DNA from: Paraspadella gotoi
Lineage: Eukaryota; Animalia; Chaetognatha
Length of the DNA: 64,000 bases
Direction: 5' to 3'
Assembly (NCBI GenBank): GCA_051294375.1
Contig: CM119265.1
Span: forward strand, 9,370,772-9,434,771
Shown here piece after piece: positions 49,101 through 60,112 of this stretch. The position numbers and the translations under genes are program-made. Below the pieces are notes generated by a model. It was given only the letters and a program-made list of their open reading frames with translations. It did not search any database and was not told where the DNA came from. Positions within the stretch are counted from its first letter, which is position 1, and each line of letters begins with the position of its first letter.

Positions 49101-52100
49101 CTTCTTTTCTCTCTTTTCTATCTTCTGTCTTTCTATCTTTCTCTTTTATATATTTTTTTTCATATTTTCGTTTCAAAAGTCAATTTTTGCCAATTTTCAA
49201 AATTCCATCGCGATTTTCCATCTATGCTTCTTCTTTTTCCTCTTCCTCCTTTTTGCTTCTTTCTCATTGGAAATGAGCTACGTAGCCCAATGATTCTTTT
49301 TCTTTTTTTTCCTTGGATTTACGAAAATACGTGATTTAGATATTTCGTAGTACTTTTCTTTAGAAAGATGAAATTTATATAATGAAATGGTTACAAACAA
49401 TATAAAAATTTTCCATTCATTTAATAAATAAGCTATCTTGCCCCTGACTTTGGACAGGCTTTGGTGGTTTAAGGCCTACATCACTCTTACAAGATAAAAA
49501 CAATCAAGACTTTCTCACAGTCTTGTTTATTCACTCCCAGAGAAACTGGCTTTCCGATCAATGAAGTGGTATTTTTACCGACAGACAGACTAACAGATCA
49601 TAAAGTGAGAGTCACGACTGTAGCCGTGTCTAAAAATATGTGTACTTAATACTTATCTAGAACCTGTCAAATATGTACTGACGGGAGTAAAAACGATTTT
49701 CATATGGTAGAAGAACCAGTATCAACCTCTGGTAAAAACTGGTTATTCATAGTAGGTTTCAAATTTTGAAAATATTTTTTTACAGTATGATTTTTTTCGT
49801 TTGTAACAGCCCAAGACAGCATATTCTATGCAACTGTAAACTCTATAGTAGAGAGTTAAATGATAGTCGGTTTTGAAGGTTGTGGCAACAACAACACGTG
49901 GCCTTACCAGATCAAGCGATCACTATACTTTTAAGATTTTTTAAAGCTGTACTGATTCACTGTATTCATTTGTAAAGTGATAGTACGCTTGAGAAACTCT
50001 GTATAATATAGCATATATGCAATGAGTCTTCTTTATTTGGTGACTGATTATTAAGAGGTTGTCGAGTTTGAAACTTTGATTCAATTTTTCAATTTGTGAT
50101 TATTAAAAAGTAGTTAAAATATAACAAAAAATAATTTATAAAATTAAATAAAATTTTTTTGAGGACGAGAAGTTAACATCCCTCCTAACTGCAAGGCTTA
50201 ACTGCTAGAAACCGGGACCTTTGGGTTGGGAGGCGAAGGCCTTACCTCCTGCACCAATGGCCACTGATGAACAGTTGGTGGATCTTAGTCCACCATAATA
50301 TATATATATATATATAAAATTGAAACATTCTTTGAAACATTATACCACTTCATTGATAGGGAAGCCAGGTACTCTGGGATTGAATAAACATGACTGTGAG
50401 AGTGTCGTGATTGAAAGCTTGCAGGGATGTGCTATGTCATTATTTTGTAAGAGTGATGGAGGCCTTAAACCACCAAAGCCTGTCCAAAGTCAGGGGCAAG
50501 ATAGCTTGTTTATTAAATTAATGGATAATTTTTATATTGGTTGTACCAATTTTATATTCATAAATGCCCGACGACGAGCTACAAAATGATCCACAATTTA
50601 GATCTCTTGGGTGAATGGATTCTGAGATATCTTCACTGGAAATGTTACAAACAAGAAAAATCATACTGTATTATCCATAAATTTTCAATTAATAAATCAT
50701 CTTCCAGGAAAGCCTCGACCACTCCTAATTTACGCGTTCGCAAATCTAAATCCGTCCCTTTACCCGCGATGGTGGAGAAGAGACTCCGGCCAGAATCGAC
50801 GAGCGTGCTGAAAACTTGGCTCCTCTACCGCAAAGACAGTCCGATCCCTAGTCACGACGAACTGTCTACCATCGCTTCCAAAGCCGAAGTTCCTCTTCAC
50901 GAACTAGAAACCTGGTTCAAGATGCGCTACGAGGACGGCTGGACGGGCGACTTCGACGTCGTCAGGCTCAGCTCCTTCCAAGACCTCGACCGAAAAGAAG
51001 AGCCCGCGAAGAGGAGTGTCGTAAAAAGCAAAGTTTGTTATTGAGTAATTTGGTTGATTGCTCTCCGTTAATTAATTCCAATGCTCTTTCGTCTGTGTTA
51101 AGGAGCAACGGGTCAAAAAATTAAGATTGAGAAGAGCGCAGGGCGACGTTCTCCGCTCGTGGCTCTACCGGAACCGCGCCCATCCCGAACTCACTGAAGA
51201 CGACTTTCGCGAGTTAGAGGCGGCCACGTCGTTGAACGCCGACGAGATCCAGAGATGGGTCGACTTCGCCGTCAAAAAAGGAGTTCCTCGTCGACTCACC
51301 ACCGTCTGGAAGAAAAAAGGAGAGGCTTTCACGGACAGGGTCAGTGATAAAGTTTTTATTTTCGAATCCTTGATTAAATAATAAATATGTTACGATGTTA
51401 TTCATTTTTCTATCCATAGTTTTTACCAGCCAAATCCGTGAATATCCTCAAAAGATATTTGCTTCGAAATCCGCATGTCATTCAACCAAATTGGGAAGAC
51501 AAGCAAAAGCTGTGGAAGAAGACGGGTTTGACAATGAAACAGGCGAGTAATAGCAAACTCTGCTATTAGGAATGAACGCTCCATTTTTTACGACGAACAT
51601 TTTTTTTAAATGATTTTTCAGATTCAGATATGGTTCGCAAAAGCGAATCAGCGGGACTTGCGGTCGCGCATCTTCGCCCAACGCGCGGTGTCGGGGATCA
51701 AGAGGCTCGAATGGGAGGACGAAGAGGATCCTCCGACGGAGGACGAGAGTCGGTCGGAGATCGTCGTTGAGTCGGGAGAGTCCAAGTCGAAGGTGACTGA
51801 GGTTAGTTAGTAGGTTAAGAGGGAGTCGTTTTGTTAGTGTTTTAAACATAGAATTATTAGAACCATTCCCATTGAACATTGTAATCTTATATTCGATTTC
51901 GTTCGCTCTTTCACAGATCTCCCGTCGCCCCGTCTCCATCCGATCTCCGCGCTTCTGTTTCTCAGACGACGACGTTGCTTCCATCTCCTTAACTTCGACC
52001 TCTTCATCGTCTTCTTCTCTCATTCCTGCTTCGGCCTCTCGCCACCTCCTCCTCTCCCTTTACCGTCGTCGAACTCACCCTTTCGTCGACGCGAGGGAGA

Positions 52101-54766
52101 AGCTCCGCCTCTCCCGCGTCACCAACCTTCCTCCACGCCGAATTCTCCGATGGTTCCAGGAGGCGCGCGCCAAAAAGTGGGCCCGGAAGTTGAGATTGAC
52201 GCTGAAAGATGGAGTCGTCGTCGCCGCGGAAGAAGACGGTGGCGTCGGTGACAAGACGGCGACGAAAAAGAAACGCGACGATGTGGACGAAGCGATCGAA
52301 GACGCCATTTCTCTCATTCCGACGTTGCGTACGGCCGTCGCTAAACTAACGCCCAAATCTCCCGACGTAAGCAGTGACGCGGGTGGCGTGACCGCCGACG
52401 ATGTGCTTGAAGAAGACCTCGACCTCAGCTCGTCTTCCTGTTCGTCGAATCGCTCCAACGATGCCTTAGATAAGAACGACCTAGCGATGTTGCAAAACGG
52501 ATCTCTGACTGGAGCGTTGAGGACCGCGATGCGGACCAACGGAGATCACGGCGGCGTCGGCGGCGAAGGTGGCGAAGCGGAAGATGAAGAGTTTGTGGAG
52601 GAGGCTGACGATGACAACGACGACGCCTTCGAAACCGATTCGCCTTCCCTTTATCCGCCGCCAGAATATTTTCACTCCGTCGTCCCTCAGACGGACGGCA
52701 TCACAGAGGATCAGCTTGTCCGTCTCTCGATGATGCTCTTTAACCACAGGGGAGAGGCCTTCCCTGATCCATCCGCGAAGGAGTTGGAGGAGGCGTCGGC
52801 GGAGACAGGATTGAAAGAGGAGTTCGTGAGAGACTGGTTCGAGAAGTGTGTCTCTGACGGCATTCACGCCAACATGGAGAGGTGAGGAAGGAAGATAGAA
52901 ATTCAATAGAGATGAGTCTTGAAATGTTGAGAAAATAATGAAACTAATTCTATTGTTTTCCTTTGTTTTGTTTTTCAGCGTCAGTAATAAAAATTTGCGA
53001 CTTCCACCTCGCGATTTGGACCGCAACTCAAACCGAACGGCGCCCTTGCCAGTGGTGCCACATCGTCGTGCTCGTTACCCCGTCCATGTCACCAACGCCC
53101 TTAAAACATTTCTGCTCGAGCGACGAGTGCTTTTCCCCACGGCGGCAGACCTCCTCGCCCTCACGTCGACCACGGGACTGTCGACGAAGCGATTGCGAAA
53201 CTGGTTTGGACAGGCGCGAAGCAAGCATCTCCTACACCAGCTCATCGCCGAGAAATGGAAACCAGAAGACGACGATGGAGGCGAGGGGATCGCCGGAGGG
53301 AAAGATCTCAGTTTTGTCGACGACGGTGGCGACAGCATCGGCGGTAACGGCGATGATGCTCCCTTTTCTCCCAGCTCCGTCGACGACAAAACTACGAGCC
53401 GGTCAAAACGGGTCATCAAGCCGGCAAAGCGCTTCATCGAAGAGCACGAAGCTATGCTGTCCAGCGCCAAAGCGAAGCGGCGCGATTCGACGCCTTCCTT
53501 TGTGACGGAGGAGACGGGCACCAACAACAACGACAAAGAGACGAGGTTGACGCTGGAAGAGATTCAGGAGAGGGTGCTTAATTTGCCCAATTCGTTGCAA
53601 GGTAGGTTAATACATCGTAGTATGGCAACAGCCGGGTTGCCTGTGATGCCCATTGGGATGGGGCATCTCACTGTTGGCTCTGGGGGCTTCCGACCCTCAG
53701 TGACGCCTCCAGTCACTGGCGCGGTTACCCTAGGACGGTCTCGCTTTGCCAACGCAGAGGGAAGTCGTTAGGACTGTGGATGGAACACTACGCCTGGGAT
53801 GGTGTGTTCCCCCTCTGAGCCAATGGATTTGGCTGACGGATGGTGGACGTGAGGCGGTGTGAATATACCACCACAGGATCCCCGGGCCAAGACATCACTC
53901 AGGTTCCTCAAGCCTGAGAGGTGTCTGACAAAACTGTTACCATAGTGGGAGAGAGAGAGAGAGCGCGAGTTGTGGGGGCATAGGCGTTTGTCGTAGCGTA
54001 CCCCAGGGGCATAGGCGTTTGTCGTAGCGTACCCAAAGTCGGCAGGGCATAGGCGTTTGTCGTAGCGTACCCTGAGAAGGTTGCGTGTTCGATAGTAGGG
54101 CTCACCACTTATGGCAACAGCCGGGTTGCCTGTGATGCCCATTGGGATGGGGCATCTCACTGTTGGCTTTGGGGGCTTCCGACCCTCAGTGACGCCTCCA
54201 GTCACTGGCGCGGTTACCCTAGGACGGTCTCGCTTTGCCAACGCAGAGGGAAGTCGTTAGGACTGTGGATGGAACACTACGCCTGGGATGGTGTGTTCCC
54301 CTCTGAGCCAATGGATTTGGCTGACGGATGGTGGACGTGAGGCGGTGTGAATATACCGCCACAGTAGCCAAATTTAATGCTGTTAACGTGGTGTATGTTA
54401 AGGTTGTTAAAACTTACCTTTTTTAAAATTTTCTTTCGTTATTTTTCTTTCTTTCATCTTTGTTTCGTCCTTATTTTTTAATCGGATCAGCTTATCAGCA
54501 CATCCCGACTCTATAATTCACTTTGTCGGTCCGCCCCCTCAATCTTGTCGGGCATTCACTTATATCATGTCAGAACATCGAATTATGATAAATTATCTGT
54601 AATTCCATTCAGAAAAACAAATTTTTGATTTTCACAATGAATTTATTTAATTATGAGCAGACATCTTTCGAACATTGTTCTGTTCTTCATCAGTGCAATA
54701 TTTCAGTTTGAATTACAAAATTTTGGTAAGTTAAAAGTGAGAGAGGAAGAGGGAGACAGAGAGTGA

Positions 54767-54803
<37 letters not shown>

Positions 54804-57800
54804 TCAGAGAGATAAAAGAAACTGTAATATTGCACTGATAAAGAACAGAACAATATTCAAAACATGTCTGCTAATAACTAAATAAATTCGTTTTTCTAAA
54901 TTTTTACCAACGAAACGAAACGAAAACCAACAAAATGTAATAAGGTCTGAAGAATTCGACGATGATAACCATTATTCATTGTAAGAACACATTCCTAATT
55001 TATTCATTTTCTTTCCACACTCCCCATTCTCAATTTCCTCAGTGATGTTTTCCTTCCGCCAACACGATATCCTCTGCGAATGGCTCCACGCCCACCAACG
55101 TCATCCTGTCCCTTCCGAGTCTCAGCGACGCCAACTCTCTCGTTCGACTTCGCTTCCTCCGTCTCAGGTTGCTAATTGGCTAACCCACGCTCGGCGACGG
55201 ATCCTGGCGGACGACGGCGCCGATGGAGACGCGCCACCCCAAGCATCGTCCCCCGCGAGGGACACAGCGCTTCCGGGCGCCAACCTTTTGGTCACACAGC
55301 CTTCCAAACAAAATTGCGACGTCTGCGAATCCGAGTGGAAACTTTTGGGTGAGTTTTCTCTTTTCCAAAAGTCATCCTAAGTAACAATCAGTTTTGTCAA
55401 TAAATGATATTAAAGTGATACTATCTTTGTTGGAGAACAATACCTATTGAGAAAATTCCTATCAAATGTCCTGAATCTTTAATTCTCTCATAAATCTGTG
55501 TTCTCAATTCAACAATGGAAAGCCTGAGTTTATTGTTCTTTCGGCTTTCCCGCTTTTCGGTCTTTTTCTGAATTCTTTTGAGAGAGAGCAGAGAGAGAGA
55601 GAGAGAGAGAGAAATCGCACAATCCAATGATAAATTGAGGGTTATTTGTTAAGGGAGAACCAAAAATAAAGCGAATTCTGTTATACTTTGTTTGGTATGT
55701 TAAAAATAAACCTAAAATTTCGCCAAGTTCGAAAAATCCTTAGTTTCAAAGCCAAAGACCGTCATTACGAGAACATAAATAAATTTTAATTCATGTCGTA
55801 GGTAGTTGTGGAGCACTCGAACAAAAAAATTATTTGAATGATCGAACAAGGATATTTAAATGTAAGATAGTATAATTAATTAGTATAAAAAATATTTTGT
55901 TTATATTATTTCGGGAACAGAAATTTTAAAAATATATATATATTTTTTAAAAATTTTAATAAAGATTGGAATTTTTTATAAAAAGTCGATTTAAATATAC
56001 ATATATATTTTTTTGTAATAAAAACATATATGTTAAATGTTTGTCATTTTTTGCAATCTAAACATTAAAATATCATATAATATATTTTATAAAAGTTTTT
56101 AAATCAAAATCTGTTTTTAAAAATAAAAAAAAATTTAAATGATTTAAAATTTGTTCATTACATATCCATAAGCAGCAAAAAAAAATGTTTAATCGCTCAA
56201 TCTTTTCATCACTCCACCCTAGTATGTAGCTTAATAGTTTAATACATTGAAAATGGTGACATAATTATAAAAAATTGCGTCAGCGGGGAATCGAACCCCG
56301 ATCAACTGCTTGGAAGGCAACTATGCTAACCATTACACCACTGACGCCCCTTCTTGAGAAGATAGTTAAAGTCACGTTTTGATCCATTCTCTTCTGCTCT
56401 CCACCTCGAAACGCACGGCTGCTGCTTTTGTACGGCGCCTCGCAGCCGTTCTCGTTCAGCCGCAGCAGCCGTCGCCCCTGCGGTCGCAGCGGATATTCAC
56501 AACAAAAGTCGACACTGCCTTATTTGTAGCTGCTCTTTCTCTTTCCTCTTTGCGAAGTGACGGTAGAGCGAACCACGCGTCGGTGGTGGCGGCGGTGCGC
56601 TGAATGTCGAAGCTTCGAATTCGAAATCGAGCCGTTTTGTGTCAGAGGCTGTGAATGAATGAGGGCGTTTGGATTTCGAAGAACCCAACGAACGAAAGAA
56701 AGAGAACGAGAGAGAGAGAGAGAGAGAAAAAAAAACCACGCATATTATAATCTCTTCGGAATGAGTTATCATGCTGGCGGGCGAGCTGCACATTATCTCC
56801 TGTCACTCCTTCGATACGTAAGACTCTCTGAATTTTTCCTCCCAGCGATATTTTTTCGGTGTCTGTTTTTTTCCGGAATAGTCGCGATTGGAAAACTAAG
56901 AAAAGAACGGAAAAAAAATCGAAAAATAATGTTTATAATATATTTTTAAGTAAACATGATTTTTTTTACAATCGATCTAAAAATAAGAATTTATTTATTA
57001 AGTAGGTTATCTTGCTTTCCTAAATGTAATCCATGCTACAAATATTATAATGTCGTGTGGTGCTGTACTAATATAATACAATACACGTTACATATTAGTG
57101 ACTAACTTTATAATATATTTTTCCTTTGAACCTCTTCAAAACTGAATTAATTTAAAAAAATATTAAATTTAAATCCAAAATCCCATCCGCGCGTTCCGCC
57201 CGCTCCACGTGATTCGGTCTTTGTCTCGTTTCGATCATTGACGACTTAGAATCTCTTTTCCCCCACGCGCGTCCATCTTTATTTTTCTTCTTCGCTTCCA
57301 AGGTTACGCGTCCGACGAGGGCGCCGGCGCGACGATATGCGAGTCTTGCAAGATCTTCTACCAGACGGCGATGAGCCGAGGTCTCGTCTTCGAATGCGTC
57401 GACGGCGGACTCGGCTGCGGTCGCGTGGGAAAGGCGCTGCTCGACTGCGAGGCCTGTCGCCTCCTCTCCTGTCAGGACGTTTTGAGGTAAGAATGAACGG
57501 TAGGGGTTGGGAAGAAGTAGCTAACTTTAACTTGTTACAACTATGCCAACTATGGTCATCTCATTAAATAGAATCAAGCCCCGCGTCCGTCCACCAAAGA
57601 CAACCGCCACTGGCCGCTCCTTCGCCAACGGCGGTGGCGACGCCCCTAGTCCCCGGATCGGAAGCAACGACGTCGAGGCTTCCCCGCAACGCAAGGGACC
57701 CAGAATTAAATACGTGTGTCGCAAGGCGGCGCTCGCTCAAAGTCAGTGCCATTTCGTTTTACAGTTGTGGCAGTTCCGACATTTGTCACTCCGATCCATC

Positions 57801-59163
57801 ACTATTTTCTGCTTTACTTCTCCTCCAGGTCAAGGAGTACCGGCGCTATTTCCCACTAACGCCGCCTCGCCCTCTCACCCGTCTTTGCCGACGCCGCCTC
57901 CCCGGTTCAATGGCGACGACGCCGGAGTTCCGACCGGAAGTGACGCCGACGTCAACGCCAACCAAAGCGTTGTGAGAAAGGGTCCGAGGTGAGTCTGGTT
58001 GACGCAATAAAACTGTATTTTTATTGATATATTGAATATTTGTAATTATTCTTTCTCCTCAGAATAAAACACGTTTGTCGCAAAGCGGCGGTTGCTCTTG
58101 GACAAGGAAAGCCCGCACTTTTCGGCCAGGCCGGTTCGATCCTCAGCCCCCGGATGTCGTTACGTGACGACGACGAGGAAGAGGAGGAAGAAGAAGAGGA
58201 GGATCGAGCGCCCATGTCGCCCGCCGGACGGGGAAAAGGAAAAAATCTCTACGTCGCCTCTCCCGTCGCCGGGGTCGAAGGGTGAGACCTTATCTTTGGC
58301 TTTTCTCAAAGAGATAATAATAAAGATTTGGGTCGAAGCTCGACTGCAGATAGTTTTCAATTCCCGATCGAAACACTTCAGTTGATGTTGTTTAAAGGGA
58401 TTATATTCTACGTGCGTTTTCGATTTGTTATCGAGAAATCATTCGAACACTGTTTTTTGTATTTGATTTATAATTACTTTCGGTTTTTTTAATTTGAAAC
58501 GATGTCCCGAACTACCCATTCGAGGTCGCACTACGAATCACTCGACGCTCCGGACCGCGGAGACGCGACGCGCGCGGATTCGACGCGGAGTCTCGACGGC
58601 GCCTCGCGCGAGAAGGAGTTCCGGTTGTCGGCTCTCCCGGTCGAGGAAAAGGAGAGGCTTTACGAGGTCAGGAAAGCTTTCTTACGTTTTAATTCTTGTT
58701 TAATTTAATACCCGATGTAGTTGAAATATTTTTGATTCGCTTCCAGGCGGAAAAGTCCCTCGATCCCGACCCTGACGACCTCCCGATCGAAGAGTTGATC
58801 GAGCGCGCCGAAGCCATCGCGACAGGAAGCTTCGTCGTCGACGTCGCTTTGGACGGCGCCCCACGACACGCCTCCGGAAAGGGAGTGGGCACCGGTGGGA
58901 AAGGAAAAGGCGCGTCGGGTGGAAAAGGCACCGGAAATCGCCACGGCGCCGGAGGATTAGGAAAAAGTTCTTTCTCGGCTGGGAAGGACAAAGAACGGCG
59001 TCGGAAAGTGCGGTGCAAAGTCTGCAAAGGATGCACCTCGGAGGACTGCGATGCCTGCGTATATTGCATGGACAAACCAAAGAATGGGGGCTTCAATACC
59101 ATCCGTCAGGCCTGCGTCAAGCGGCGCTGCCTTAATCCCCAATATTCGACCGCTTACGATTGA
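46106..59163 (+). CDS. MLL/trithorax (KMT2A/B)-related protein, N-terminal half only: menin-binding motif, LEDGF-binding FxGF motif, about nine homeodomains, C4 zinc finger, two RIKHVCR motifs, CXXC finger
   Basis: FPARPG in exon 1; FFGESDSEESDFSGFDDEE from 47204; helix-3 WF/WL/WV homeodomain motifs between 48240 and 55205; CDVC...CESC...C...C...CEAC...C; GPRIKHVCRKAAVALG; LSALPVEEKERL; CKVCKGCTSEDCDACVYCMDKPKNGGFNTIRQACVKRRC then stop. Joining all exons into one gene is inferred from in-phase splice sites. Confidence 0.75.
46721..46912. repeat. Minisatellite, 22-bp unit AATGAATGACTATCATCGCGTC, about 8 copies
   Basis: Direct head-to-tail repeats with no spacers. Confidence 0.95.
46942..47095. 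repeat. Minisatellite, 22-bp unit ATTAATAATCTATTA(T/C)TATTAC, about 6-7 copies
   Basis: Direct head-to-tail repeats. Confidence 0.92.
50161..50262 (-). mobile_element. tRNA-derived SINE remnant
   Basis: Minus strand GGCCATTGGTGCAGGAGGTAAGGCCTTCGCCTCCCAACCCAAAGGTCCCGGTTTC resembles a tRNA D-arm, anticodon arm and start of the T-arm, but no acceptor stem. Confidence 0.45.
50374..50552. repeat. Dispersed ~180-bp repeat family (also 24048-24215, 49381-49541 inverted; fragments near 11375, 19072, 31287, 31893)
   Basis: Shared GTAAGAGTGATGGAGGCC...AAACCACCAAAGCCTGTCCAAAGTCAGGGGCAAGATAGCTTGTTTATTAAAT...ATTGGTTGTACCAATTT. Confidence 0.85.
53673..53753 (-). ncRNA. Twister ribozyme motif, type P5 (3' LTR copy)
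   Basis: Same core as 54162-54242, offset by 489 nt. Confidence 0.8.
54162..54242 (-). ncRNA. Twister ribozyme motif, type P5 permutation (5' LTR copy)
   Basis: GTTGGC(P5) AAA GCGA(P2) GA CCG(T1) TCCTAGGG(P1) T^AA CCGC(P2) GC(T2) CAGTGAC..GTCACTG(P3) AGGG TCGG AA GC CCC(P4/L4) CAAA GCCAAC(P5). Confidence 0.8.
54639..54890. repeat. Foldback element with a (GA)n core
   Basis: GAATTTATTTA...TGTTCTGTTCTTCATCAGTGCAATATT mirrored by AATATTGCACTGATAAGAACAGAACA...TAAATAAATTC. Confidence 0.7.
56276..56347 (-). tRNA. tRNA-Gly (TCC)
   Basis: GCGTCAGTGGTGTAATGGTTAGCATAGTTGCCTTCCAAGCAGTTGATCGGGGTTCGATTCCCCGCTGACGCA folds as a 72-nt cloverleaf, with a T6 Pol III terminator immediately downstream; intronic and antisense to the MLL-like gene. 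Confidence 0.96.
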
Positions 59164-60112
59164 CATTCGTAGATTGGGGAAAGATTGTGGTGCAAAGACG
59201 AGAGAGACAGAGATTGTCAATCTTCGTTTCATCATTTGTCATTTTCATTCTTTATTCTTAATTTTTTGTTTCAACTTTAGTTTTTTTGTTTTTTTTTTTT
59301 GGGGGGGGGGTAAGAGAGAAGTATTACTCGACGAGGTCTCGTCGTGAAAGTTTTATTATTAAATGGATTAATTCGAATCAGGGCTATCCTCTTCTTGTTA
59401 GTATAGGAAAAAGACTTTCATTATAACGCTACTTAAAATTGAGAACATTTAGGAAGTTATACACTTATCGTCATTTTTGTGTGCGAAACATTTTTATTTC
59501 AGTCTGTATTTTTTAGGCATTTCTTTTTATTAGCTATTTTTTTATTTTGCAAATATATTTTTTTTTAATTATAACTATGTATCCTATGCATTCATTCTTA
59601 TTCCTTTTTGTTAAGGCAAGCGGATAGTTCAGCACTTCTAATATGTTTAAGAATTTTTTTGTTTCGTTTTTTTTGTTTATTTAATCCTAATAAAAAATTT
59701 TTTCGCGACTCAAACATCAGAGCGAATCCCATTTGAATGTGGGCCCCACAATTAACTTAGATTCTCGATCTCATTTGTGATTCACTTTTCGCTTCCATTT
59801 TTTTTTTTTTTTTTTTTGATTTTATAACACCAAAATTAAAAAAAAAACTCAGTTTTAAGCGTTTAATTTTTTCTATCGGTAAAAGAAGGCCCAGCGCCGT
59901 CTTTTAAATTTCGATTGGTTTTTAAATTTTCTTCTCGGTTGTGAAATCGCCACCATTCTTGTGTACATGTATAAAGCAATTTTATTTTATGTTGTCAGGT
60001 GATATATATAAACAAGGTTTTGAAAATCCACTTTGAATAAATCGAGATTTTGGGACCAAAAACCAATATTTATAAAAAGCAAATACCAAAATACAACAAC
60101 AACCCAAAAAAA

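Larger units (their letters stand above)
53621..54363 (-). mobile_element. Complete non-autonomous LTR retroelement (TRIM/retrozyme-like), 743 bp
   Basis: LTRs 54110-54363 and 53621-53875 differ at about three positions; termini TGTGG...GCCATA; 234-bp non-coding interior beginning AG-TGGTGAGCCC (PBS-like); 4-bp TSD GTAG at 53617-53620 and 54364-54367. Confidence 0.93.

Noticed and set aside
50320-50589. 89-aa ORF
   Set aside because: Coincides with the dispersed ~180-bp repeat, whose other copies have stops and indels
53976-54072. Three 28-bp repeats with short spacers as a mini-CRISPR
   Set aside because: Spacers are only about 3-10 nt and the same in both element copies; part of the retroelement interior
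53768-54241. 157-aa ORF with GYATTNAY repeats, and similar ORFs at 32077-32406, 32265-32525, 53908-54108 and 62563-62799
   Set aside because: They are translations of the non-coding LTR element; frames are broken differently between copies, starts are non-ATG, and conservation follows RNA pairing rather than codons
54110-54363. Hammerhead or HDV-like ribozyme in the LTR
   Set aside because: CTGAGGG is not CUGANGA and no nested HDV double pseudoknot could be built; the twister model explains the conserved nucleotides
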